Source: an uncultured Acidobacteriota bacterium (GTDB lineage Bacteria; Acidobacteriota; Thermoanaerobaculia; Multivoradales; UBA5704). From it: 64,000 nt of DNA. The notes below the pieces were generated by a model. That model was not told the origin of the DNA, made no database searches, and was given only the letters and a program-made list of their open reading frames with translations. Positions 52,208 to 61,218 of this stretch are shown in pieces. The stretch covers positions 3,104,001 through 3,168,000 of the forward strand of contig OY969474.1 of NCBI GenBank assembly GCA_963700145.1, in the 5' to 3' direction. Each line of letters opens with the position of its first letter. Position 1 is the stretch's first letter. The translations under genes and the position numbers were made by a program.

Positions 52208-53031
52208 GCGAGGCTGCGCAGCCGCTCGGCGAGCTTCCCGAGGCCCCAGCGCGCGAAAAGGTCAGCGGCGCCCTGCCAGTCCGGCTCGGCGTCGGGAAAC
52301 TTCGGGATCGGCGCCGTGCGGTCCAGCGTCGCGATGCGGAGGTAGGCGCGGAGGTTCTCGGCCTGGCCGGCGAAGCCGCCGGCCTGGAGCGTCGCCTCCA
52401 GCGAGCCGTTGCGCTTCAAGATCGCCGCGGCGCTCACCGGCCCGACGCCGGGCGCGCCCGGGATCTTGTCCGAGGGATCGCCGCGCAAGGCGATGAAGTC
52501 CGGCACCAATGCCGGCGGCACGCCGTAGCGCTTCTCGACCTCGGCCGGCCCCACCCGCTCCAGCTCGCTGACGCCGCGGCGCGGATGGAGGATCGTCGTC
52601 CGCTCGCTGGCGAGCTGGAAGAGGTCGCGGTCATTGCTCAAGACGAGCGCCGTGCCGCGCCGCTTCTCCTCCGCCGCCACCCCGGCAGCGAGGAAGTCGT
52701 CCGCTTCATAACCGGCCTGTTTGGCCGCGGCGAACCCGAACGCCGCGACCAGCTCCGGCAGCCGGTCGAGCTGGAAGCGGAGCTCGGGCGCGAAGTGCCG
52801 CCCCGACTGGTACTGCGGCAGCAGCGCGTGGCGGTAGGTCGAAACGTCGAGCGTGTCCAGCCCCACCAGCACCGCTCGCGGCCGCTCCGCCTCCCACACC
52901 GAGACCAGCATGTTGGTGAACCCGACGAGCGCATTGGCCGGCCGCCGGTCCCCATCCCGAATCGACGGCGGCAACGCATGAAACGCCCGATGCGCGAGGT
53001 TGTCGCCGTCGACGACGAGGAGCGGCTTCAT
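52204..53031 (-). CDS. stand-alone 5'-3' exonuclease / flap endonuclease
   Basis: LVVDGDNLAHRAFHA, YEADD, SNDRDL, GDPSDKIPGAPGVG H3TH. Confidence 0.9.
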   Translation of the reverse strand: MKPLLVVDGDNLAHRAFHALPPSIRDGDRRPANALVGFTNMLVSVWEAERPRAVLVGLDTLDVSTYRHALLPQYQSGRHFAPELRFQLDRLPELVAAFGFAAAKQAGYEADDFLAAGVAAEEKRRGTALVLSNDRDLFQLASERTTILHPRRGVSELERVGPAEVEKRYGVPPALVPDFIALRGDPSDKIPGAPGVGPVSAAAILKRNGSLEATLQAGGFAGQAENLRAYLRIATLDRTAPIPKFPDAEPDWQGAADLFARWGLGKLAERLRSLA

Positions 53032-53258
53032 AAGTAGGGGGCCAAGTCGTCTTCCGTGAGGATGCTCCGCTCCTTCGCCTGGCGACTCCAGTAGCCCTGG
53101 AGCCCCGCCAGTTCCCGCTCGAGGCGCGTCCGGCGAGCGAGACGGAGGGCGTCCGCGACAACGGCACTTAGCGTCTTCCCCTCCGCCTGCGCGACCTTCT
53201 CGGCCTCCCGGGCGAGCGCAGAAGGCAGAGTGATCGTTTTCTTGACGGCGGCACCCAT
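53028..53258 (-). CDS. CopG/RHH antitoxin-like protein
   Basis: KKTITLP...AEGKTLSAVVADALR...ILTEDDL; AAGGAG RBS; ATGA-coupled to the exonuclease. Confidence 0.75.
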   Translation of the reverse strand: MGAAVKKTITLPSALAREAEKVAQAEGKTLSAVVADALRLARRTRLERELAGLQGYWSRQAKERSILTEDDLAPYL

Positions 53259-53341
53259 CACCATGCTCCTTCGGCAGGTAGAAATCATGCCAGATGAGGC
53301 GGGACCTTGGCGTCAGACCTCGAGAAGACAGCGTAGCGGCC

Positions 53342-53690
53342 GGCAAAGTCGCTGCCGGCGCCGGAGTCATCCCGACGGGTGCGGCGGCGCTTCCGGCCGA
53401 CGTTGGAGATGTCGCGGCGACTCCCGAAATACACCAGCCGGCCGGAGGATGGTGCACGGCGGGCGCCGGAGACGTTTCCCCAGGCCCCGCGGCATTATCC
53501 GGAACGCTCGCCGAATTATCCTCGGCGCCTGCGGCATTATCCCCAGCGCTTGGAGATCTGTCCTCAGCCGCTGCCCCATTATCCCCAGCGCCCGGGGGGT
53601 GTACCCCGGCGACAGAAGGGTGTATAGCAGCCGCCGCGGCATTATCCGGAACGCCCGCGGCATTTCCCCCAGGAGCCGCGGAAAACGACT
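53342..53690. repeat. degenerate 21-bp-period array (about 16-17 units), best core GCGGCATTATCC
   Basis: Clear units at 53468, 53489, 53510, 53531, 53552, 53573, 53594, 53615, 53636, 53657; weaker in-phase units back to 53342. Confidence 0.8.
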
Positions 53691-53784
53691 TCAGCGGCCC
53701 GGAAGTTATTGGGAACCCGGGGCTTACGTGGAAACCACCACGCTGGAGCCGCCGGGCCAACCTCCGGTGCTACCATCGTTCCTC

Positions 53785-54033
53785 GTGAGTCCCCGCGATC
53801 GCCTTCACGTCCTGGTCGACGAGCTGCCGGACTCTGACGTGCCGACCGCCGAACGTGTCCTCGAAGCGCTCCGCGCCGCCCCGGCTCCCTCCTATTCTCT
53901 CGAGGACGCACCGCTCGACGACGAGCCCGACGAGGACGACCGCGACGGCGGCCTCACCGAGGCCCGCGCGCAGGCGGACCGTGGCGAGCTGATCCCTCAC
54001 CAAGAAGCCAAGCGAATCCTCGGCGTCCGGTGA
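53785..54033 (+). CDS. putative antitoxin (acidic), probably leaderless
   Basis: RDRLHVLVDELP...APLDDEP...RGELIPH; TGCTACCAT extended -10 upstream; GTGA overlap with the toxin. Confidence 0.75.
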   Translation: MSPRDRLHVLVDELPDSDVPTAERVLEALRAAPAPSYSLEDAPLDDEPDEDDRDGGLTEARAQADRGELIPHQEAKRILGVR

Positions 54034-54290
54034 CGCCCCTGCGGATCGACTGGACCTCGCGCGCCCTGCGCGAGGCCAAGCGGCTCGATCCCCCGGCGCG
54101 GCAGCGCATCGCGACAGCGCTGGACGCATTCGTCGAGACGGAGCGCGGCGACATCGTGCTCCTCACCGATGTCACGCCGCCCGAGTACCGGCTACGCGTC
54201 GGCCCCTGGCGCGTACGCTTCCGCGTCGACCGCAAGGCCGGCGCCCTGGTGGTACTGCGCGTCCTACCGCGAGGAAAGGCCTACCGCTAG
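54030..54290 (+). CDS. relE: RelE/ParE family toxin
   Basis: YRLRVGPWRVRF...VLRVLPRGKAYR. Confidence 0.9.
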   Translation: MTPLRIDWTSRALREAKRLDPPARQRIATALDAFVETERGDIVLLTDVTPPEYRLRVGPWRVRFRVDRKAGALVVLRVLPRGKAYR

Positions 54291-54299
54291 CCGGCCGGG

Positions 54300-54335
54300 T
54301 TCCCATTTTGGGAACGCTCCTTCCCAATCTGGGAA
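54300..54335. repeat. two palindromes TTCCCA-N3-TGGGAA spaced 21 bp apart
   Basis: TTCCCATTTTGGGAA at 54300 and TTCCCAATCTGGGAA at 54321, between convergent genes. Confidence 0.75.
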
Positions 54336-54336
54336 C

Positions 54337-55275
54337 TCAGCCCCGAAACACCGTGTCCGCATGCCATTCCAGAAACTCCGGCCGCGGTCGCTCCGCTTCG
54401 CCGGAGGGCCGCCAGATCTCGCGGCCTTCGAGCGGGTAGTAGATCTCGCCGTTGTCGAACTCGTCCTTGAGCCGGCGGCTGACGCGCACCCGCCCGTCGG
54501 GCGTCACGGTGACGTAGCCGCGGTCGAAGAGGCGATGGAGGTCCGAGCGCAAGAGGAGGCCGTTGTCGATCCGGTGGAGCCCGCCTTCGCCCACCGGCCG
54601 GATGTGCGCCGCCTCGAGCACCGGCAGCGCCCGCTCCTGCGTCACGGCGCATCGCCGCTGGTAGGTGTCGGTGATCAGCACCCGGAACGACCCCTGCCCC
54701 AACCGCGGCCGTACCAGCACCGGCTCGCCGAACATCGGCAGCTGCTCTTCCGCCAGCTCCGCCGGCTGGCTCATCCGCAGGACGCCCTGCACCCGCATCC
54801 AGAGCGAGCGCCCGGGCTCCTGCAGCGCGTCGTAGGTTTTCCCTTGCTGCGTAGCGAGGTGGAAGTCCGCCGGGATCGGGATCCAGTCGATCTCGTCGAA
54901 GAAGAACGGCTGGGTGAGGATGACGCAGCCGATCTCCGGGTCCTCCCGCGGATCGAGGAACGCCCGTCGGTACCTCCCGATCCGCGCCCGCATCTCCGCG
55001 AACGTGCGCGCGCCGTTCTTCTCCTCGAACGCCTCCCAAGCGCGGCTCGCCGGCAGCCGGGAGAAGTGGGCGAAGAACCCGCCGCCAACGATGAAGTTCT
55101 GGGGTGCGTGGAGCTTGAAGAGGAGCGGCTCCCCGGGCTGGAGGCGACGAAACGTCGAGCTCCCGCCCGGCTGCCAGAAGTTGACCTCGTCGATCAGCGG
55201 CTGGCTGCGCAGGAAGCGGAACCAGTCACTGTCGGTGATTGCAACGTAGAGGTTCACGAACTCTGTTGTGATCAA
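54337..55275 (-). CDS. HNH endonuclease (predicted restriction endonuclease, COG3440-like); start may be GTG at 55257
   Basis: EVNFWQP...FKLH N-domain; R.GQGSFR, RCAVT, LEAAHI, NGLLLRSDLHRLFD. Confidence 0.88.
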   Translation of the reverse strand: MITTEFVNLYVAITDSDWFRFLRSQPLIDEVNFWQPGGSSTFRRLQPGEPLLFKLHAPQNFIVGGGFFAHFSRLPASRAWEAFEEKNGARTFAEMRARIGRYRRAFLDPREDPEIGCVILTQPFFFDEIDWIPIPADFHLATQQGKTYDALQEPGRSLWMRVQGVLRMSQPAELAEEQLPMFGEPVLVRPRLGQGSFRVLITDTYQRRCAVTQERALPVLEAAHIRPVGEGGLHRIDNGLLLRSDLHRLFDRGYVTVTPDGRVRVSRRLKDEFDNGEIYYPLEGREIWRPSGEAERPRPEFLEWHADTVFRG

Positions 55276-55341
55276 CCCACAACTAGGAGATCTTAGCGCG
55301 CGGCAACAGGTGCGCCGGCATGAACATCTCGCAAGGCGTCC

Positions 55342-56496
55342 CTACCCGCTCCGCCCGGTCACCGCCCTCGCTTCGCGTGCCGGGCCGGCCGGCTGGTCGA
55401 GCGCCCGCAGGTACTGCCGGTCAAACGCCGCGAGCTGGCTTTCGAGCTCGGAGTACGGGCCGGGGTCCCAGGCGCTCGAGACGGCGCCTTTGTAGGCGTT
55501 GGCGCAGAGCTCCCAGTCCTGGCGGTTGGTGAGGTCCCAGAAGTCGATCGCCGGCTGCGGGTCGAAGCCGGGAGCGGCGATGGCGTCGGGGTGGAAGAGC
55601 CAGTCGCAGAGGATGCGGGTGCGGTCGAGCGCGAGCGGCTGCGCGCGGTGCAGGAGGACGTAGTCGGGGTGGAGCGACATGAAGGCGCTGGGGAAGAGGA
55701 CGTAGTAGTAGACGCGCCCGCGCTGCTCGGGCGAGAGATCGGGGAAGGGCGGCGCGCAGCGCCCGCCGTGCATCGTCATGCTCCCTTCGGGGTTGGTCAT
55801 CCACATCGGGCCGCCCAAGACCGGCCCTTCGTCGAGGTCGTTCTCGGTCTGGCGGTACGGCGTCAGCTTGTTGAGGTGCGGGTGGACGTTGGGGCAGTGG
55901 TAACACTCGCTGTAGTTGTGGAAGAAGAGCTTCCAGTTCGCCTCGACCTCGTAGACGGTCTGGTGTGCCGACTTGAGCTCCGGCAGCCGCCAGGGCTCGA
56001 ACTTGCCGACCAGCGCCGGCAGTGCCTCGGCGAACGGCTGCGGGTCGGGCGCGAGGTTCAGGAACAGGAACCCCTGCCAATCGGCGAGCCCCACCGGGTG
56101 CAGCGGGTAGTCGGCGCGGTCGAAGCCGGCGACGCCGGTCATGTTGGGCGCCGCCCGCAGCGCGCCGTCGAGGCCGTAGGTCCAGGCGTGGTACGGGCAC
56201 TGGATGGCGGCGCCGAGGGTGCCGGCCGGCTCGCTGCACAGGCGCGTGCCGCGGTGGCGGCAGTGGTTGTGGAAGGCGCGCACCGCGCCGTCGCCGTCGC
56301 CGTCGCGCACGACGAGCACGCTCTCGCGGCCGAGCGTGTGGACAAAGTAGGCGCCCGGGCCGTCCAGCTGCGAGACGTGGCCGGCGAGGAGCCAGGAGCG
56401 GCCGAAGACGCGCTCGTGCTCGAGGCGGTAGATCTCCTCGGAGGTGAAGTACTCGCGGGGCAGGGTGTGCTGGCCGAAGGCGCTACGCTGCTTCAT
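55342..56496 (-). CDS. Rieske non-heme iron oxygenase alpha subunit (choline/glycine-betaine monooxygenase-like)
   Basis: CRHRG...CPYHAWTY; NWK...ECYHC..VHP; QD. Confidence 0.9.
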   Translation of the reverse strand: MKQRSAFGQHTLPREYFTSEEIYRLEHERVFGRSWLLAGHVSQLDGPGAYFVHTLGRESVLVVRDGDGDGAVRAFHNHCRHRGTRLCSEPAGTLGAAIQCPYHAWTYGLDGALRAAPNMTGVAGFDRADYPLHPVGLADWQGFLFLNLAPDPQPFAEALPALVGKFEPWRLPELKSAHQTVYEVEANWKLFFHNYSECYHCPNVHPHLNKLTPYRQTENDLDEGPVLGGPMWMTNPEGSMTMHGGRCAPPFPDLSPEQRGRVYYYVLFPSAFMSLHPDYVLLHRAQPLALDRTRILCDWLFHPDAIAAPGFDPQPAIDFWDLTNRQDWELCANAYKGAVSSAWDPGPYSELESQLAAFDRQYLRALDQPAGPAREARAVTGRSG

Positions 56497-56556
56497 TCCG
56501 GCCGCCATGATAACTTTCGCCGGCCTGCCGGCGCAGCCCCCTCGACGATCGCGACG

Positions 56557-57759
56557 ATGCCGATCCCGTCCCCGTTTCACGAGCGCACTGCCAAGCTCTG
56601 CACCAGCTACCGCTGGAAGGACTGGTCGGGGTACGCCGCGGTGTGCAGCTACGACACCACCCACGACCGCGAGTACTTCGCCTTCCGCGAGTCGGCGGGG
56701 CTGCTCGACGTCTCGCCGCTCTTCAAGTACGAGGTCTACGGGCCGGACGCCGCGGCGCTGCTGTCGCGCATGATGGTGCGCGACGTCTCGAAGCTCAAGA
56801 TCGGCCGCGTCGGCTACAGCTGCTGGTGCGACGACTACGGCAAGGTCATCGACGACGGCACGGTGACGCGGCTCGACGAGGACTACTACCGCGTCACCGC
56901 CGCCGACCCGACGCTGCACTGGCTGCAGACGGTGGGGCGCGGCATGCGCGTGACGCTGGAGGACTCCAGCGCGCGCCTAGCCGCCGTGGCGCTCCAGGGC
57001 CCGCGCTCGCGCGACATCCTGCGCGCCGCCTGCGACGCCGACCTGGACAAGCTCAAGTTCTTCGGCGCCACGCGCACCCGCCTCGACGGCCTCGACGCCT
57101 GGCTCACCCGCACCGGCTACACCGGCGACCTGGGCTACGAGGTGTGGGTCGAGAAGGCCGAGGCGCCGCGCCTCTGGGACGCGCTGATGGACGCCGGCCG
57201 GCCGCACGGCATCACGCCCGCGGGCCTCGACGCGCTCGACGTCTCGCGCATCGAGGCCGGATTCATCCTCCTCGGCGTCGATTACTTCAGCGCCCCCAAG
57301 ACGGTGCTCGAGGCGCGCAAGTCGACGCCCTTCGAGATCGGGCTCGGCTGGCTGGTCGATTTCGAGCGCCCGCGCTTCCCGAGCTTCGTCGGCCGCGAGG
57401 CGCTCGAAGCCGAGAAGGCGCACGGCTCGGCCTGGGCCCTGATGGGCCTGGAGGTCGCCTGGGAGGCGCTGGAGGCGCTCTACGAGAGCTTCTCGCTGCC
57501 GCCCAGCCTGCCGGCGACGGCGCGGCGCGACGGCCTGCCGGTCTACGACGGCGACGGCCGCCAGGTGGGGAAGGTGACGAGCCACACCTGGTCGCCGATT
57601 CTGAAGAAGTACGTCGCGCTCGCTTCGCTGCTGGCGCCGCACGCGGCGCTCGGGACCGTGCTCGAGATGGAGCACACGGTCGAGTTCGAGCGCCGCAAGG
57701 TGCCGACAAAGGTGGTCAAGACGCCGTTCTTCGATCCCGAGAGGAAGCGCAAGCCGTGA
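56557..57759 (+). CDS. GcvT-like folate-dependent aminomethyltransferase
   Basis: LLDVSPL, DDGTV, LQGPRS, RTGYTGDLGYE, RIEAG, PFFDP. Confidence 0.92.
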   Translation: MPIPSPFHERTAKLCTSYRWKDWSGYAAVCSYDTTHDREYFAFRESAGLLDVSPLFKYEVYGPDAAALLSRMMVRDVSKLKIGRVGYSCWCDDYGKVIDDGTVTRLDEDYYRVTAADPTLHWLQTVGRGMRVTLEDSSARLAAVALQGPRSRDILRAACDADLDKLKFFGATRTRLDGLDAWLTRTGYTGDLGYEVWVEKAEAPRLWDALMDAGRPHGITPAGLDALDVSRIEAGFILLGVDYFSAPKTVLEARKSTPFEIGLGWLVDFERPRFPSFVGREALEAEKAHGSAWALMGLEVAWEALEALYESFSLPPSLPATARRDGLPVYDGDGRQVGKVTSHTWSPILKKYVALASLLAPHAALGTVLEMEHTVEFERRKVPTKVVKTPFFDPERKRKP

Positions 57760-59381
57760 GCGCCGCCGCGAGCTCCGTCCCGAGCCCGTCGCCCGCCGCG
57801 CGCTACGACGCGATCGTCGTCGGTGCCGGGCACAACGGCCTGGTCTGCGCCGCCTACCTCGCCAAGGCGGGGCGGAAGGTGCTGGTCCTCGAGCGCCGCC
57901 ACCAGGTCGGCGGCGCCACGACGACCGAGGAGATCCACCCGGGCTTCAAGTACTCCTGCTGCTCGTACGTCGTCTCGCTGCTGCGCCCGTGGATCATCCG
58001 CGACCTCGACCTGCCGCGCCACGGCTACGAGGTGCTGCCGCTCGAAGAGACCTTCACGCCGTTCCCCGACGGCCGGTACCTGCTGCGCGACTCCGACCCC
58101 GAGCGCACCAAGCGCGCCATCGCCAAGTTCTCGCCGCGCGACGCCGAGGTCTACAAGCCCTTCGGCCAGAAGATGGCCGAGCTCGGGCGGCTGGTCAAGC
58201 CGATGATCGACGGCCCGGCGCCCGACCCGGTGTCGCGCAACCCGCGCGAGCTCTGGCGGCTGGCGAAGTTCGCCAAGCACCTGCGCGGGCAGGGCGAGGA
58301 GTGGCTGATCGGCAACGTCAAGATGATGACGATGTCGGCGGTCGACTTCCTCTCGGAGTGGTTCGAGAGCGAGCAGCTCATCGCGCCGATGTCGGTGTCG
58401 GGGATCATCGGCACCTTTCTGGGCGTGCGCTCGCCGGGCACGGCCTACGTGCTGCTGCACCACTACATGGGCGACATCGACGGCTCCTACCGCGCCTGGG
58501 GCCTGCCCAAGGGGGGCACCGGCGCGGTGGCCGACGCGATCGCCGCCGCGGCGCGCGAGCTCGGCGTCGAGATCCGCGTCAACGCGCCGGTCGCGCACCT
58601 GCAGATGAAGAACGGCCGCGCCACCGGCGTGGTGCTCGAGAACGGCGACGAGATCGCGGCCAAGGTCGTGGTCTCCGGGGTCGACCCCCACCGCACCTTC
58701 CTGCGCCTGGTGGGCGAGGAGCACCTGGAGCCTGACTTCGCCAAGCAGGTCAAGCGCTTCAAGATGCGCGGCTCGACCGGCAAGGTCAACCTGGCGCTCG
58801 ACGCGCTGCCCGAGTTCGCCTGCCTGCCCGGCGACGGGCCGCACCTGCGCGGCGACATCACCATCGCCCCCTCGATCGAGTACCTGGAGCGCGCCTACGA
58901 CGCCGCCAAGTACGGCGCCTACTCGCGCCGGCCGTTCATGGACATTGTCATCCCGTCGCTCACCGACCCGACCGTAGCGCCGCCGGGAAAGCACACGATG
59001 TCGATCTTCGTGCAGTACGCGCCCTACAACCTGAAGGAGGGCGCGGCCGACTGGCCGAACCAGCGCGAAGCCTTCGGCGACGCGGTCGTCGACACGCTCG
59101 CCGAGTACATGCCGAACCTCAAGTCCCGCATCCTCCACCGCCAGGTGCTGACGCCGCTCGATCTGGAGGAGATCTACGGCCTGACCGAGGGCAACATCTT
59201 CCACGGCGAGCTGTCGCTCGAGCAGCTCGCGTTCCTCCGCCCGGTGGCCGGCTGGAGCCGCTACCGGACGCCGATCGAGGGCCTCTGGATGTGCGCCTCG
59301 GGGACCCACCCCGGCGGCGGCATCATGGGCGCGCCGGGCGCGCTGTGCGCGCGCACGCTGCTCGACGGACGAGCGGTCTAG
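57756..59381 (+). CDS. phytoene-desaturase-like FAD oxidoreductase (COG1233)
   Basis: GAGHNGL..AAYLA, GNIFHGE, GTHPGGG. Confidence 0.92.
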   Translation: MSAAASSVPSPSPAARYDAIVVGAGHNGLVCAAYLAKAGRKVLVLERRHQVGGATTTEEIHPGFKYSCCSYVVSLLRPWIIRDLDLPRHGYEVLPLEETFTPFPDGRYLLRDSDPERTKRAIAKFSPRDAEVYKPFGQKMAELGRLVKPMIDGPAPDPVSRNPRELWRLAKFAKHLRGQGEEWLIGNVKMMTMSAVDFLSEWFESEQLIAPMSVSGIIGTFLGVRSPGTAYVLLHHYMGDIDGSYRAWGLPKGGTGAVADAIAAAARELGVEIRVNAPVAHLQMKNGRATGVVLENGDEIAAKVVVSGVDPHRTFLRLVGEEHLEPDFAKQVKRFKMRGSTGKVNLALDALPEFACLPGDGPHLRGDITIAPSIEYLERAYDAAKYGAYSRRPFMDIVIPSLTDPTVAPPGKHTMSIFVQYAPYNLKEGAADWPNQREAFGDAVVDTLAEYMPNLKSRILHRQVLTPLDLEEIYGLTEGNIFHGELSLEQLAFLRPVAGWSRYRTPIEGLWMCASGTHPGGGIMGAPGALCARTLLDGRAV

Positions 59382-59391
59382 TGGGAGCTCG

Positions 59392-60945
59392 GTGAGCGCC
59401 GCCCGCTACGACGCCGTCGTCATCGGCGCCGGCCAGAACGGCCTCGCCGCCGCCGCGCGCCTTGCCGCCGCCGGCAAGAAGGTGGTGGTCCTCGAGCGGC
59501 GCGACGCGGCCGGCGGCCTCGCCGGCGCGAGCGAATTCCACCCCGACTACCGGGTGCCTGGCATCCTCCACGACGAAGGCCTGGTGTCGCCGCGCGTCGC
59601 GGCGGCGCTCGGCCTGGAGCGGCACGGCCTCGCCTGGCGCGAGGCGCCGCCGATCCTCCTCACCGAGGATGGCGGCCCCGGCCTGCTCCTCGACCGCGAC
59701 CCGGCGCGCGCCGCCGGCGGCGAGCTGGGCGCGCGCTCGCGCCACGACGCCGAGGCGTACGGGCGCTACCGCGGCTTCCTCGCGAAGCTCCGCCCGCTCG
59801 TCGCGGCGGTGATGAGCGCGCCGCCGCCACCGCTCTCGCCGGCCGGCGCCGGCGACTTCTGGGAGGTCGCCAAGAGCGGGCTCGGCCTCTGGCGTCTCGG
59901 CCGCCGCGACACGCTGGAGCTGATGCGCGTGGCGCCGATGTGCGTCGCCGATTTCCTGAACGAGCTGTTCGCCACGCCGCTCCTGGTCGAAGGGCTGGCG
60001 GCGCCGGCGGTTACCGGCACCTTCGCCGGGCCCTGGTCGGCCGGCACCAATACCAACTTGCTGCTGCTGGAGGCCGCGCCCGGGACGTACGTCGCGGGCG
60101 GACCGGCCGCGCTCGTCGCGGCGCTGGAGCGCGCCGCGCGCGCCGCTGGCGCCGAGGTCCGATTCGGCGCCGAGGTGGCGCGCATCCGCGTCGAAGGCGG
60201 CCGCGCCGCCGGCGTGACGCTCGCCTCGGGCGAAGCGCTCGACGCCGCCGCGGTCGTCGCCACCGGCGATCCCAAGCGTACCTTCCTCGAGCTGATCGCC
60301 CCGGGCACTCTGCCGATCCGTATCGAGGACGAGTACCGCCGCATCCGCATGCGCGGCACCGCGGCGAAGCTGCACCTCGCGCTCGACGGCCCGCTCGAGC
60401 TGGCGGCTCGGCCGGGCGAGCGCTTCGAGTCGATCCGCATCGGCGGCGGCCACGTCGACGACCTGGAGCGGGCCTTCGACGCCGTCAAGTACCGCGAGGT
60501 CTCCGAGCAGCCGCACCTGGAGGTCCGCGTCCCCACCGTCGCCGATCCGGCGCTCGCCCCGGCGGGGCACCACGTCGTCTCGGTCCTCGCCAGCTACGCC
60601 CCCTACGACGTCGCCGGCGGCTGGACCGAGGAGCGCCGCGCCGCGCTCCTCGAATCGATCCTCGCAACGCTCGAGCGCCACGCCCCCGGTCTGCGCGAGC
60701 GGGTCGTGGCGCAGGAGCTGCTGACCCCGGCCGACCTCGAGGCCCGCTACGCCCTGACCGGCGGCCAGCTCCACCACGGCGAGCCGGCCCTCGACCAGAT
60801 GCTGGTCCTGCGCCCGACGCCCTCGGCGGCGCGCTACGCCACCTCGGTCCCCGGCCTCTACCTGGGCGGCAGCGGCAGCCACGCCGGCGGCGGCGTCACC
60901 TGCACCGCCGGGTGGCTGGCCGCGGGTGGCGCGCTGGCCCAGTAG
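59392..60945 (+). CDS. second phytoene-desaturase-like FAD oxidoreductase
   Basis: GAGQNGL, TPADLE, GGQLHHGE, GSHAGGG. Confidence 0.9.
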   Translation: MSAARYDAVVIGAGQNGLAAAARLAAAGKKVVVLERRDAAGGLAGASEFHPDYRVPGILHDEGLVSPRVAAALGLERHGLAWREAPPILLTEDGGPGLLLDRDPARAAGGELGARSRHDAEAYGRYRGFLAKLRPLVAAVMSAPPPPLSPAGAGDFWEVAKSGLGLWRLGRRDTLELMRVAPMCVADFLNELFATPLLVEGLAAPAVTGTFAGPWSAGTNTNLLLLEAAPGTYVAGGPAALVAALERAARAAGAEVRFGAEVARIRVEGGRAAGVTLASGEALDAAAVVATGDPKRTFLELIAPGTLPIRIEDEYRRIRMRGTAAKLHLALDGPLELAARPGERFESIRIGGGHVDDLERAFDAVKYREVSEQPHLEVRVPTVADPALAPAGHHVVSVLASYAPYDVAGGWTEERRAALLESILATLERHAPGLRERVVAQELLTPADLEARYALTGGQLHHGEPALDQMLVLRPTPSAARYATSVPGLYLGGSGSHAGGGVTCTAGWLAAGGALAQ

Positions 60946-61218
60946 GTCAGCGAACGCCTTTCCGTCGGACGTCGAACGCTACGAACCCAGAACGCGAACG
61001 TCGCGGCCTATCCCACGCTCGCGCCGATCTCGTGGTGTTTTTTCAGCGCAATCCTGCCCCGGCCGGCGCCAGCCGCAGCCGGGAAACACCTCGCCACAGG
61101 TGGGAAAATCCTCCAGGCATTCGGCAGCGTTACCCGACGGCGGTGCACAGACTGCTGAGGGCGCGCTGGCCTACGAGTGACTTCGGGTCGGCTAGCCTCA
61201 GCCGTGCGGCTCTCGCGC

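Noticed and set aside
53032-53760. N-terminal extension of the exonuclease ORF through the repeat array
   Set aside because: Homology starts at MKPLLVVDGD (53031), and the extension overlaps a better RHH gene.
60950-61115. Possible further periodic array (CGAACG at 22-bp steps; GGGAAA..CCTC 21 bp apart)
   Set aside because: Only 2-3 short matches with inconsistent phase; could be chance.
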